A DNA stretch of 63,528 bases, counting the filler, from Octopus bimaculoides (Eukaryota), in assembly GCF_001194135.2 (NCBI RefSeq). It is 5 parts of 5 records of this genome, joined end to end, with 100 filler letters (N's around TTAATTAATTAA, not from the genome) between each part and the next. Parts side by side here need not be neighbours in the genome. Positions count along the whole stretch, not along the records: positions 1 to 28,990 come from NC_068990.1; positions 29,091 to 52,653 come from NC_068991.1; 3 more parts are not named here. One strand, 5' to 3'. The position numbers and the translations under genes are program-made. Each line of letters begins with the position of its first letter. The first letter of the stretch is position 1. The notes beneath the pieces were generated by a model, which ran no database searches, was not told the DNA's origin, and saw only the letters and a program-made list of their open reading frames with translations. Of this stretch, positions 23,726 through 38,200 are shown piece after piece.

Positions 23726-26049
23726 TAATTAGGAGGTGCAAAATTTCTCTGGGAGAAAAGCAGCACACAAAGGATATAACAGCAGTGAGATTAAAGAATA
23801 TAAATTTCATGGACAATGCAAATTTGAATGGATCTGGTTTATAAAGCCAATGGGTAAAAATAACAAGCATGTTTTGGTCTTATTATACCTCTTCAGTGAA
23901 TCATATTTTACTCAGTTGGCAAGACTAAAAGTAATCAATATATCTAAAACTAGAGCAACTCTTCAAGAACCATTTTACTACATGCATAACATAAATGCAG
24001 CCAAGTGACATAGTTAAGACAAGTGATAACTTAAGTCTTGTAATTTTAACTGGGCCATACACATATACCAACCACTGTATTTTCATGAAAGCAATACTTG
24101 TCAAATGGAAGTTCTAAGTAGGCAATGAGGTCGAGATGAAGAAAAAAAAACACTTAAGACTAAATTAAATAATTCTATGGTAATAATATATAAAAAAAAA
24201 GTATGAAGGGAACTTTGCAACAGAATTTTAAAATTAAGTAATATAAATAAATAACAGAGTTCAGTGCAAAGTAAAAAAAAAAAAAATTATTTTTCTTTAC
24301 TTTGAACTGAAGTACACCAGACAACTAAGCAAAAACTCATTTCAGAATTCAATAAAAAAAAAATGGCTAGACTTACATAATAATAAGAGTAAAATAAAAT
24401 TAAAAAATAAGAAAATATAATAATGAAACCAGGCTTAAAATTGTAACATGAATTGTTGAATAGAAAGAGATGAGGAAATGATGTAAACATAGCAACAACA
24501 CTAACAATAGGTGATATTGATTTTATATGGCTTAGAAGTGGCATACAAGATCTTAGTAAAAACAAAAAACATAATAATAATAATAATCCTTTCTATTAAA
24601 AAAAAAAAATAGCACAGTAAGCACAGTTGTTGCTATGAAAATACCACAATACTGGACAGTTAGTGACAACTTTTACAGAAATGATGAATTGAGAAAAATA
24701 TCAGTTTGTACAAATTATTTTCTTTAAGAATGCAAAGAAAGAAAGAGCTGTAACAGCTATTCATTAATAAATTGAAGGTTTTTAGCTCTTTATTAATGGG
24801 GGAGAGAGGTGAGAGAGAGAATGTATTCCATGTGACTAAAATCTGAAGAATGTCAGTCTATATCTATAATTAGAATCTAAAATTTTACATATTAAAAAAA
24901 AAATTGTTTTACAATTAAAAACAGACTGCAACAAATAACAATTTACAATCTCAGAATGTCTTTTATAAATTCTAGACTGAAAACCATTGCTCTCATGTTT
25001 ATAATTTTCTTTTGTGATTCTATTAATTAATTATTCCCAATAACGAGTAACATCTTTATTTGAAAAATCTGAGATGATCAAAGATCATGCAGGTTGTAAG
25101 AATATACAACAACAGAGCAAAAACTAAGAAAATAAAAAAAACATTAGGATCTAAGTAATCTTCAATCTCAGAAGCAAGAATTCCTCACAATAGATGTATA
25201 GTATATCAGAATACAAAGACTTGTCATTTCTATGCAAAACTTAGTCTGCAATTTAATCTAGATACATGCAAAATAAATAAATAAATAAATAAAATAAAAT
25301 AAAAGTTTGCATGTTACATAGATTTCTTGAACAGTATAGATTGAAAACCATGTTTAGGTAGGGTTTTTTTGTTTTGTCTTTTTTTTCTGCACACATTTGA
25401 TGTTTGTTATATAAAGTGATATCAGACTGATGAAAGAAAAGGAATAATTTTGCTTTCAATAATAGACACTGATCATTGATCTCAACTAAGTAAGGAGTCT
25501 TAAATGTTGTTTACTAATGCTAAAAGTACTTCTCACAGAGCTAAGACACATCTAACACAGCAGATGTGAACTTATAAGAAATGATGATGTTCTAATAACA
25601 GTATATTATATTCATATACTTTCTTGGGACTAAAGCAGTGTTATGTATGGCAGTCTTTCTACCATCAGCTTAATAATCAGAGAAAGAAGAAAGATGATGG
25701 ACAAAATGCTGCTAAATATTTTTCCCAATGTGCTGACAGTTCTGCTACCTTGCCACCCTAAGAAGAGCATATATTGATCAGCTTGTGGAAGGCACTGAAT
25801 ATCAAATTGAGGATATGAAGACTGCTATGGAAAATTAAGACATCTGATGTGGAAGAATTGAATTGGTCCAGACAAACTGACTGACAAGATAGAAATAGAT
25901 TACAAAAAATGCAATGAGTGACTTGAGAGGTATTAACTATAAATTAAAACGATAATAACACAAATCCTTGACATTCATTGCACCGAATCATTGTGAAGAT
26001 TGTATTTTGTTGTAAAATCTATAAACAGCAGCTTCATTTTAGAGTGAAA

Positions 26050-26450
26050 TCTAGAATCCAAGGAAACTGGAGATAGTCTGTGTTGATGACGTTTGGCTAA
26101 AAGAATTTGATAGATTCAAGTTAATTGCACTTTGAGAGTGAAAAACAGAAAGAATAATGCTGTAGCTTGGAATGCAGACATTTACTTGCTGACGGCCCAA
26201 GCACCAACAATAACACTTTCTGTTCTCCACTTTCAGATGAAAGGTAAGACCCATTAGATTCAGTACTAACCCATAGCAATTGAACTGATACACCTTTCCT
26301 ATCAACACCTTCACTGAGAAGAGCCCATCTTCTGGTTGTTTGAAGAAAACATAGGTTGTGAAAGATTGTAATTTGAGGAAGGTCATGAAAGGCGGAAAAG
26401 CAAATGTGACGAATAAGTTTGAATGTGATATATGCAGCTGGCATGTCAAG
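26050..26450 (+). mobile_element. Possible decayed LINE ORF2 C-terminus
   Basis: A + frame ends ...KGGKANVTNKFECDICSWHVKTSRE, reminiscent of the RTE C-terminal zinc-finger region. Weak match. Confidence 0.25.
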
Positions 26451-26534
26451 ACAAGCAGAGAGCCATTTTTTTTTTTTGAAAAAGAATGTGTGGTAGTTAC
26501 ACTGTACCAGTTATATGAGCTGCACTAAAATGTG

Positions 26535-26830
26535 AGGGCATGTGGCATAGTGGTTAGGTTGTTGCACTTATGACTGTGAGATTGTGGGTTTGATTCTCAG
26601 ACTAGGCAGTGCATTGTTTTCTTGAGCAAAACACTTCATCTCACATTACTCTGTGATCACTTTCACATCTGATGTGAAGCATGTCATGCACCTGTACAGC
26701 CAATATTGATTTGATGGAGGGAGTGAACCAATGTATGGCACAAATATTTGATTGCTATAAACAGATCATCAGTGCAGGTTGTTCAGCAAAAAACTGCAGA
26801 ACACTCACTTGTCATCTACAACAGGAGAGT
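26535..26830 (+). mobile_element. Decayed tRNA-derived SINE (family C-like head)
   Basis: gcatgtggcatagtggttagg...gggtttgattctcagactaggcagtgcattgttttcttgagcaaaacactt, similar to 9155-9320. Confidence 0.55.
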
Positions 26831-29034
26831 CCACAAATAAAATGTGGAAAGAAAACATGAATAATAAGATGCTTTGGTTGTAGCTCTAGAGTATGACTGA
26901 GCAGGTGGGTTGCTGAAGCCATAAGTTAAAAGGTTGTAACTCAGCAAATAGAATTATATAACATTTTTTTTTAAATGTGTCACTTGGTCCTGTCAGTTTG
27001 GTTTAAATAGTGACAGTAACATTTTAATAAGATGTTATATGTATTTAAACACACATGCACACACATATTACAAACACCACAATCTACAGGTATAACAGTT
27101 CATCTATATTTTTATCATCAACATTATATTCATTTTTCTATGCTGGCATGGGTTGGATGAGTCTATAACAACATAACATCCCACCATTTGATGTAGGCTT
27201 ACATCATCTAGTATACCAACCAACTTCATTATTGTGCATTTCTTTTACTGTTTCATTCATTGGACTGTGGTCATGCTAAAGCACCACCCTGAAGAGTTTA
27301 ATCAATTAAATTGAGCCCACTATATTTTTTAAGTCCAGTACTTATTCTATCAATTTCTACTACAAACTGCTAAATTATAGGGATGTAAACAAACCAGTAC
27401 CAGTTGACAAGAAAGGAATGGACAAACATAAAGGCATGCACACACACACACAATAGAATTTAGATTCAGTTGAATTAAATTGAAACACCTTGATAGAACG
27501 AACTTATTTGCACACTCAATCAAACTCTACATAGAATTCTGCAGTGTATGCAGACAGCATGATCCAACTTAGTGAATAAATCCACTCTTGTTTGTTCAGA
27601 TATGTACTTAATATAAAAATACTCTCCAAATACTTCTGAAGTGCAGATTCCAGGGTAGGTGAGTAAAATATAAATGAGTAACAAAGATGTATAAGTGTCA
27701 ATTCATTACAACTGTTTCAAGCAACTCCTTTAATTGATCAATGAAAGCATTACATCATTACAAAGGAACCCATTCTCATTAGATGACCACATAGACTTCA
27801 AGCATAAAGGACAAGTTAGATATTTACACATTTTCATATCATCAATACAAAGCAAATATTTACAATGATTCTGCTGTTAATTTTTTTGCCAGAATGGAAA
27901 AAGAACTGTAGTCTTCAAAACATCTAAAATTAGAACTTTAGGGAGTTATAAATTTTATAATTTAAAAATTTTATCAAAAATTAAAGATTGTAATGAAAAG
28001 TAAAAAAGAAAGATACTACTGTTTTTGCAATGATAATATTTCATGTTGAATGAACACTCATTCATTCATTATTGTAATAATAGCATGAGAAAGCAAAATG
28101 CTTTCAATTCTGTTAGTATACAAACAGCCCTCAAAAACCTTTCTGTGATTAAAGTGGCCTGCAATGTAATTTGAGTTGGCCAGGCCTGCACTAGACAATG
28201 CAGTCCAGGATACACTATTACTGAAAAATGAAGACATCTTAGTCATGGTTTGAACACCTTTAATTATAAGTTTGTTTGATCAAATCTGACTTGAGGCAAA
28301 ACAATAGCAACTAATGATATTGATTGCCAGATCAAGTCATTTACAGTCTACTTAGTCTTAATGAAATTTCTCAATATTTTGCATTTGAAAAGTTTAAAGC
28401 TCTAAATATGTTTTTTGTAGGTTATAGCAAATATTTTCTACAAAAGTCATTCCTCACAATGAAATCACTAATTAGCAACCAACTGATTAGAATTAATAGA
28501 AAGAAAACTTTTGAACTAATTAAACTGTGTGAGTATTGATGTTTATTTTAAAATCTAAAAGAATTAATCTCAAATGAGCTCATGCGACATTTATATTTCA
28601 GATTAACTGAGAAAAGAAATTAAAAATTGAGTTACAGAAGTAATTTAACATAATTGCCAATTAGACCTTTGCAAGAAAATAATCTTACTTTATAAATAAA
28701 TAAATGAAACAAATATTAAATGATATTTTAATAGTTAATTGTTTCCAGCAATAGAAATTTTCTTGAATAAACTAATATTGGTATGTATTTCAAGCTAGAA
28801 TAAATTCTTTTATAGTAACACAGAATATTTTCAATAAGAACAGAATTATTTACACACCAAAGTCATAATTTTTGCAACAGTTAAAACAGCTAGACAACTA
28901 ATGAGTTGAAACCTTGATATCATCATTGCAGACAGGTCCTCCAGGCAATATTACATAGCTGGCTCATATATATATATATATATATATATANNNNNNNNNN
29001 NNNNNNNNNNNNNNNNNNNNNNNNNNNNNNNNNN

Positions 29035-29046
29035 TTAATTAATTAA
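29035..29046. other. Artificial scaffold linker TTAATTAATTAA within N runs (also 52698-52709, 58724-58735, 61089-61100)
   Basis: The identical 12-mer, with stops in all six frames, sits between ~50-N blocks four times. Confidence 0.9.
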
Positions 29047-30847
29047 NNNNNNNNNNNNNNNNNNNNNNNNNNNNNNNNNNNNNNNNNNNNTATATATATA
29101 TATATATATATATATTTATTTACACAAACGCACACATATATGTACTCACATACACACACACACATACACACACACACACACACACATACGTGGGAGTGCC
29201 AAGGAAGATAACTCATACATCTAGTAAAACGAGGAAGCAATTTTCTGTATGAGATCTTTAAATATTTGTTTGCTTCACTTTTATTGATGTCACCAGTTCA
29301 AAGAAATTTTACGGAAGCCATAGCAAACACAGTAATCAAGTGCAGAAAATATTTATATTCAAACATTGAACACATCCGAGTATGCGAAGGATATGGCATC
29401 TGGTTCATTTATAAGTAAATGTATATGTGTTGATGTACGTTTGTTCGAATGTAACAAAGTGCACAAGCACGCGCGCGCGCATATGTACACACACACATAC
29501 ATACACATAGAGATATATACGCATATTGATAGACATGCATGAGTTTATATTTAAGTGCACATTAATATATAAAAATATACATGAATATGTACGTATGCAT
29601 ACACACATGCTCATATACGTATATATATTTATACATATATACATACATACGTTTATATATATATATANNNNNNNNNNNNNNNNNNNNNNNNNNNNNNNNN
29701 NNNNNNNNNNNNNNNNNNNNNNNNNNNNNNNNNNNNNNNNNNNNNNNNNNNNNNNNNNNNNNNNNNNNNNNNNNNNNNNNNNNNNNNNNNNNNNNNNNNN
29801 NNNNNNNNNNNNNNNNNNNNNNNNNNNNNNNNNNNNNNNNNNNNNNNNNNNNNNNNNNNNNNNNNNNNNNNNNNNNNNNNNNNNNNNNNNNNNNNNNNNN
29901 NNNNNNNNNNNNNNNNNNNNNNNNNNNNNNNNNATACGTGTGCGTTTGTTTTTGTGTGTATCTGTATATTCACCCATATAGATATGCACACATCAAATAA
30001 TTTGCATTGTTACATAAGGGGTTTTTAGGTTTCTCTCATTGTCTATTTGAAAAATTTTCATCATACGCACACGGAAATATATACACACAGTTGTTAGATG
30101 CATATGCACATCCAAAATACAGTTGCATACATATATACGTATATATATATATACGCACATATATTTCTGTTCATTTATACGTGTGTCCTTCTGTGTGTGT
30201 GTATAGAAATGTGTGTCTATGCACCTATAAATCAATATGTATGGATGTCCATGTATAAATGCGTCCATGTTTTCATACATCTATGTATGACAGTTCTGTA
30301 AATTATTTCTCTATCAATACGTGTGTGCTATTGAATTTCTGTTTCTGTTGAGCATTTGAGAAATCCTTTTGTTAGCCACAGATATATTTCAACTCCGGGA
30401 TAAACAGGAAGATGTGTTCATTGAATAAGAATCCCTTTTCAATATAAACATTTTATCTCCCTCCCTAACACTCTCTCACACGCTCTTTTCTTTTTCACCC
30501 CACTCACTATATCTCGCCTATTCTGTTACTCTCTCGCTTTCCCACTCTCGTATTCTTTTCTAGTATCATTGATGTGAAATCATAAAATGACATAGTTATA
30601 TTTGGAATGGAAATCCCACTGCGTTAACCCCCTTAGGACAACGGTTGAGTCTGTCATCTTGAAAAAGGAAAAATATAAAGTTGACTGACCTAGGCAAGTA
30701 TGGTTATTACACAATTGCTTATATTCTATAGTTTTTCTCCCCCCCCCTCGCTCTCTCATGCCTATAATAAACATATTTTTTGAAAGTCTCATGATACATC
30801 CCATTCAAATGAATGCAAACGCACTCGCTTAAAGCGCTGTGGAAACT

Positions 30848-30925
30848 TTTATTATTATCATTATTATTATTATTATTATTAATATTATTATTATTATTAT
30901 TATTATTGTTATTATTATTATTATT
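30848..30925. repeat. (ATT)n microsatellite; others at about 40960-41050 and 54975-55012
   Basis: Direct inspection. Confidence 0.9.
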
Positions 30926-31523
30926 GCCATCTCTAATATCCGATACTGTGACCAGTATTGTTTAGAATTATCTATTGTCTCCTGCTGCGTTTATGTCGTT
31001 GGAGTTAACTCACGCTTCTATTAATAATATCGATTGCCAAAGGTCTGATTGGTTGGCAGTAAGGGTAGAATGGTATATAGTTCGATATGGTTGTCTCGAA
31101 ATCACGCGTTCGATTCATACCAAATTATAGTTTGATTTTCGTCAAATACCGTAGTGTAGATCATATAGCTGTAAAATGTAGCTCTAAAATATACATGGTA
31201 TAAATTGATGTGAGTGTACACAAATGGGTATCTAATTAAATATGCGGTTAATTAACACACAACTTACTACTCTTACTTAGTAAATGCAATGATCCTGACT
31301 GATATACACAAATATGGTGATCCAAACTGCAATACTGCTTTCAGTTTCCATTTCGTATGTATAAAACTTTGGTTTCAACTATTCACGAGTTTTGTCTGTC
31401 TATCTGACTCTCTGTTTCTCTCACTCTCTCTCTCTTACTCTCTCTCTCTCTCTCTATCTATCTCTCTATATAGATAGCTATATTGGTAGATACATAGTTA
31501 CTTACATACACACACATTGTGTG

Positions 31524-31604
<81 letters not shown>

Positions 31605-31982
31605 TATATACTTATTTCAGACATGGCATGTGAATTCAATATTGTTTAATTTACTTTTTCTCTTCTTCTTAGAACAACTTTCTTTGGCTCGTTAGTTTTC
31701 ATTGTACAAATTCTAACATCGTTGTTATTAAGCTGTATATTCGAAATTCAATTTTCTACTTACTGATTTTCCCGTATTATTTGTTTTTGATATCCTCTCT
31801 CTCTGTAATTACCTTTCATTCTTTTTGTATACATATCACTGTGTTTCAGTGTATGTGCATTTGTATGAATTAATACACTTGTAGATATTTATGAGTTCCC
31901 GTGTTTGGGCAACGATCATGTTGCTGGTGCACTGCCATCTTTTCTTCTTTATATTCATGTATTTTATAGTTCATAAATACGT

Positions 31983-32024
<42 letters not shown>

Positions 32025-33509
32025 GCACACACACAAACATGTACATATATATTTACGTGTCATGGAGGGGCAGATTCATATATAGTGAAGGATTACTCAA
32101 TAACCATAATCACACACCCACTCTGACGTACAAAGGAACAAACACAATCACATACACACGTACGTTCGCCAAATGTACCGCTGAATCGCGCCGAACCCGA
32201 AACAACGGGTTTATTTTTTAGGCCACAGCTGTTGTATATTAAAGCCATGTTTGTTCTGGCAGTGCATGTAGCGATCGGAAGACTCACTTTCAACATTAGC
32301 GCTGCCTTCGGACAATCTAAATACGTTTTGCTACACATTACGAATTTTCTTTTTTACTTGTCCAGCTTTATAAAGTTACCCAACGTCGTTTAATAAACGG
32401 TTCGTTTATTAAAGCAGTGAGATAGATGGAAACATGCTTTGTTAGTCGTGAGAATTGTGTTATATCTTTTCATTGATAACAAGTTTACTGCAAGTTTTTA
32501 CCGATTCACTTTGATGTGTATGTCTTGCGCAGACATGATCGTAATAGGATGACGATTTGCAGAAAAGTGCTAAACGCGTTGCACATTATGACCTCAAATA
32601 CACAATGAAGCGTCCTACTTCGATATAAAGGAAGATAGCTGTGCCATAAAGTCTGTGTATGGGTCTTTGGACATTTCTCACGCCAATTCTCTCTGTTGAT
32701 CTCTGTTTTTTTTACACAATTTGCTGCATTCGTTTGTTAATTATTTACAATATCTTATCAATTCTGTTCTGATAAATGCAGGCATAGCTGTCTGTTTAAG
32801 AAAATCCCTTTACAACCAATTTGTTTCGGGTTCAGTCCCACTATCGAGTACTTTGACCTAATTTTTTTCTATTATAGAACCGGACCGTCCAATACATTGT
32901 GAGTAAATTTGGTAGAGATAAGTCTGTGCAGAAGCCTGACAAATACATATGTATGTGTGTTTCTCACCCAGCATTTTACAAAAGGTGTTAGTTTGTATAC
33001 GTTCTCAAACTCTAGCGTTTCATCAAAAGATATCATTAGAATTAATAATAACAGATAAAATAAGTACAAAAGTCGAATTTTTCGATTAAACCCTGCAAAG
33101 CGGTGCCACAAAATGACTGCATTTTAATGACTGGAACAAGTAAAAAATAAATGATATCTGCCTTAAAATGATCCCCTTGCAGATGTTGAACATACTTGTC
33201 ACATCCAACTTAAGATAATTCGTTATTTCGGTCATGGCTGTATTTCCAAGTAGTGAACGACGCATTCATCTTCTTTTATTTTGTTCCTCTTTATGAGTCC
33301 GGGCTACGTTTATTTAGAAGAAGATAGGACTAAGCTCTGAGTAGCAAAACATCTGACATTGTGAAAAACGGACGCCATAGAGACCTGTGGACAAGACATA
33401 TTTTATCCTCATACAACCTGTATAATCTAATGCAGTTTCAACAAGCTTGCACAGGAAAATTGACTGGTACGTTTTATATATTTCGAAATATATAATTATG
33501 ATAATAGCA

Positions 33510-33729
33510 ATAATGATCCTTTCTATTATAGGCACAAGGCCTGAAATTTACGGGATAGGTGTAAGTCGATTTGATCGAACCCAGTACACAACTGGTACTT
33601 ATTTTAGCCACCCCGAAAGTATGAAAGGCAAAGTCAACCTTGCTGGAATTTGAACTTAGAACGTAAAGACGGACGAAATATTGTTGACTATTTTGCCCAG
33701 CATGCTAACGATTCTGCCAGCTCGCCCCC
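33510..33729 (-). mobile_element. Family-B SINE
   Basis: Reverse complement matches 22294-22502 (aggcacaaggcctgaaattt; aaggcaaagtcaacc; ctaacgattctgccagctcgcc). Confidence 0.8.
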
Positions 33730-34718
33730 GTAACGTCTTACTAATTATAATAATGATAATAACAATAATAATAGCAACAGCATAAATAACAACAACAACA
33801 AACAGTAATAAACATAATGAATGAGCGAAGCTAATAAAAATCACCGATAGTAGCTATGCGCCAAAGAGAACATCTGGGAAATGATATTCTGCCATAATTT
33901 TCCATAAAGATTATGATGATTAAAGATAAGTATTAGGGCGTTGTATTTAATTACTGCTTATATTTAATTGCTCCAGTAAAGGAAATATCAATCAATAGAG
34001 CTAGATGAAGATGTTGCCGAGATGCTGTCACTGTTAAATATTTTACAGATCGCACGAATTGATAACTGTTTGATTGAAGTTCAAACCTACGACTACCAAC
34101 TAATGCTGGGAGGTGTCATTTCTATACACTGCTTCACTCAAATACTATGGGTGCACTTCTTCAATACATACATACACACACACACATATATACATATACA
34201 TATATATATATATTTATATATATATATATATATATATATNNNNNNNNNNNNNNNNNNNNNNNNNNNNNNNNNNNNNNNNNNNNNNNNNNNNNNNNNNNNN
34301 NNNNNNNNNNNNNNNNNNNNNNNNNNNNNNNNNNNNNNNNNNNNNNNNNNNNNNNNNNNNNNNNNNNNNNNNNNNNNNNNNNNNNNNNNNNNNNNNNNNN
34401 NNNNNNNNNNNNNNNNNNNNNNNNNNNNNNNNNNNNNNNNNNNNNNNNNNNNNNNNNNNNNNNNNNNNNNNNNNNNNNNNNNNNNNNNNNNNNNNNNNNN
34501 NNNNNNNNNNNNNNNNNNNNNNNNNNNNNATATATATATAAATGTGGGTCTATATATAGAGAGAGAGAGTGAGAGAGAGGGAGAGAATGATAATTTATAT
34601 TAAACTCATACATATATATCTATACACACATACGCACATATATAACGCATTTATATATCTGCCAATCTATCTGTGTGTGTATATATATATGTATATCTCC
34701 CTTTCTCTCTCGCTTTCT

Positions 34719-34783
<65 letters not shown>

Positions 34784-35171
34784 GCCTTCTCTCACTTCCG
34801 TTATCTTTCTTTACATATAAATATGTAAACGTGTGTGTGTGTGTGTGTGTGTGACTGTAAACTGTATATAGAGGACTTCATGTTACTATAAAGAATTTGT
34901 AAGCAAATCTGTTTCCTCCATATATCGGTGAGCATATGAGGGCGTTAGACGGGCATTTTAAAATCGGTCCCAATATATCTCTAAGCAAATTTTGAAAAAT
35001 TGGTAATGCTGGAGTTTCCCGTGAACGCACTTGCGATTAGATGCTTATTCAGATCAAGAAGACCTCTGGTGTTATTATGGTTGTAACCAGCATTCCGTTT
35101 TGCTTCCCATGATGGTGGTATTAACTTTCGTTGAAGTTTCATATGATTTGTTTATATATAACTCGGAAGAG

Positions 35172-35203
<32 letters not shown>

Positions 35204-38200
35204 CGTATGTATGTATGTATGTATGTATGTATGTATGTATGTATCTATCTATCTATCTATCTATGTATCTATCGATCGATCTCTCTATCTATCTCTCTAT
35301 TTCTCTCTATATATATATTAGAAGGTTTGGACGTGATGTACAGGAATTATATATTAGAAAAAATAATAATCAGGTACGCAGATGTCTGGATGGTTGTACA
35401 TTTACAGATTTTTATTCATATGTCACATGTTTCATAAATTAGCACTTTCACCTAGTCTTGTAGGTTTATCAATTTTTTTATATATATACATCTCTCTATA
35501 GAAATATATAGCTATCTTCCTATCCATTTATATTTGTATCTATTCATTCATCTAACCACTTATCTCTCCCTCCAACCGTTTAACGATCTATCTTTCATTC
35601 AACACATCTATCTATTAACCTGTTCGTATGTCTGTCTGTCTGTCTCTTGTACCTATTCACAAACATTTAAGTAGTTGTATAATTTGAAATTTGTTCTTGC
35701 TATTTCAGCGGCATTGAAGATCTAAGGTGTTCATTTACATGGTGATGGTCCGTAACTTAAGGGAGATATGTGTCTTCATTTCACGTAGGTCGATTAATGG
35801 CAGAGAATGACTTCAGTAAGTACAAATTCTGTTCATTGTGGTCGATTTAATCAATTATTCTCCTCCAAAACAAAGTTATATCTGATTGTCTGGCATAAAC
35901 TTCCGGAGACCTCCATATATGTGGGTTACATCTCCCAAAATACATTGTAGACAAAGATACCCTAGGAATATACATTTCTGTTTCTGGAACATTCGAACAA
36001 CAATTACTTATTACGTATAATACATACAATTGGAATATGGAATTCTTCTTGTCTATATAATGCCAGGAGGAAGTTATTTTTAGATATACTTTATCACATT
36101 CTTGGCCTTTTGGTTCAGTTTCCTGTCGTACTGTTAAAGGGGGAAAAAATCAATAAATACCAGTAAAATATTAGTGCCAGTTTTGTCCAATAAAATTTCT
36201 TCCCTGCAAGTATCATGATGGTGATGTTTTCTTTTCGAATCAAACTATTTTTTCAGTACAGCTATGTATTTTTTCTAACACTGGATAGGCAGATAAAGCT
36301 GAAGTTATGCATGATACTAAATAAGAAGTTAAAACTGCAAAAAACGAAATGGAAGTTTTGTTTGCATCTTTACAGGGAATTGTCTGCACTCGGATTACAA
36401 ATGAATGATTTATAACACAGGCACAGGTTAAGCAATCAAGAAGGTAAGGAGAGATGTTCTGGACAAGACCCTCGACTCTTGTATTCAAATTAATTATTTC
36501 AGTATGAAGAATGCCAGGCAGCGTCGAAACTGTGAGGTGGATAAAGCAAAATGTTTGTGAGTTATTCAATCCAGATATCTGATCTTCCTTCTGCCTCCCA
36601 AATATCTTAAAGTTAATAAAAATAAAGCTATTATCTTTTAGTACATGGTACTAAACGTCTAAAATTGCGGAACCTTTCGTTGTATTAACAATAGACCATT
36701 GCCAGTTGCGTCTCAGGATGATTCCAGAGAAATATAATAAGTCAAATAGGCGCCACACAGAGATTTCAGTCTAGTTTTATTAGTGAAGCCTTCTTTTGGT
36801 TTGTACCTTCCATTGAATCTGCTTAACCAGAATAGGAGTAAAAAGAAATGAAAACGTGAAAAAAATCTCTGTGCATGGCCCATGAAAGTAGGTAGTCTTA
36901 GGTACATTGGTACGGATCTGGAGAACAGAAAGAAATACTAGAGGAAGACACGTCCCGAGCGGCAAATTAATACACCTGTTTGTTGTTCCCTTACTTGACA
37001 CACAAGTGCGCGTGCACATTTACATATACACACACGCACAGATATTTATGGGTGTGTGTGTGTCCCATAAGTGGCTGCAATCTAGTGCTAGAAACATGTG
37101 AAAGATAAGTGTATAAGGGTAACATAAAAATACAACCGACTTGTTCGTTAAATAAACCCAGTGACAACAGCAACAAAGAAAACACTGGCAACGGTAATCG
37201 TCTAACAAATCCCTCTTCCACATCACGTGACAAATATACGTGACCACAATGAGTAATCTATGAGGTGGGACTTTCTTTTAGAAATAGCAGCCAGGTCTTG
37301 ATTTTCTTTACCTTTTTTTTTTTTCGATGATACAACTAACGACTTCAATGAAATAAGATCAATGATAAAAATGAAAATAATCACCAGCTCTCGGTACAAA
37401 AGAAAAAAGAGATAGATGGTCACAAATGGAATGTTATTGATAATATGTTCGCTCGATCAGGAGTCACTCGGTGCTAAACAAAGACGACAATTATGCTCTC
37501 AGATTTTGAAACGATAAAAACTAATAAAAAATACAAAGCTCATACAAAAAAAAATATATGGCGGCACAAAATGGAAAAAATAATGCAAACAAAAAAAAAA
37601 ACAACGGTAATACCAAAGCAAAGCAAACAATGTATAAAATCACTTTTTAATCAAGTCCAACAACTTTAAGAAATAAATTTCATTTAAAGAAAAGCTGAAT
37701 TGAATTAAATATTATTTGGCGTATTATATATGTGAGAAGGTTTACATTCTTCCTTCTATAATCACAAAATATAATTATAATAGGACTCCTGTAATTTACT
37801 TATTTATTTTTTCGATTTATTTATTTTCATTCATGTTATTATTTAGTTACACTAATCTTCACACGACCTGGTTTGTTATTTTCTTGTAAAACAAACGAGT
37901 TTTGTAAATATATTGATTTCTATATTTAATGAGTTGAAACCTCTGCTGATAAATGAAGAAACCCAAAATAGAGCACTCTTTGTATATATATATATATATN
38001 NNNNNNNNNNNNNNNNNNNNNNNNNNNNNNNNNNNNNNNNNNNNNNNNNNNNNNNNNNNNNNNNNNNNNNNNNNNNNNNNNNNNNNNNNNNNNNNNNNNN
38101 NNNNNNNNNNNNNNNNNNNNNNNNNNNNNNNNNNNNNNNNNNNNNNNNNNNNNNNNNNNNNNNNNNNNNNNNNNNNNNNNNNNNNNNNNNNNNNNNNNNN

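Noticed and set aside
31014-31060. CCAAT box plus GTGAGT donor on the minus strand
   Set aside because: The CCAAT is only ~35 nt from the donor, too close for a promoter plus first exon, and there is no other support.
35790-35816. 27-nt + strand candidate exon containing ATG (MAENDF) with good splice sites
   Set aside because: No partner exons or recognisable protein; too short to distinguish from chance.
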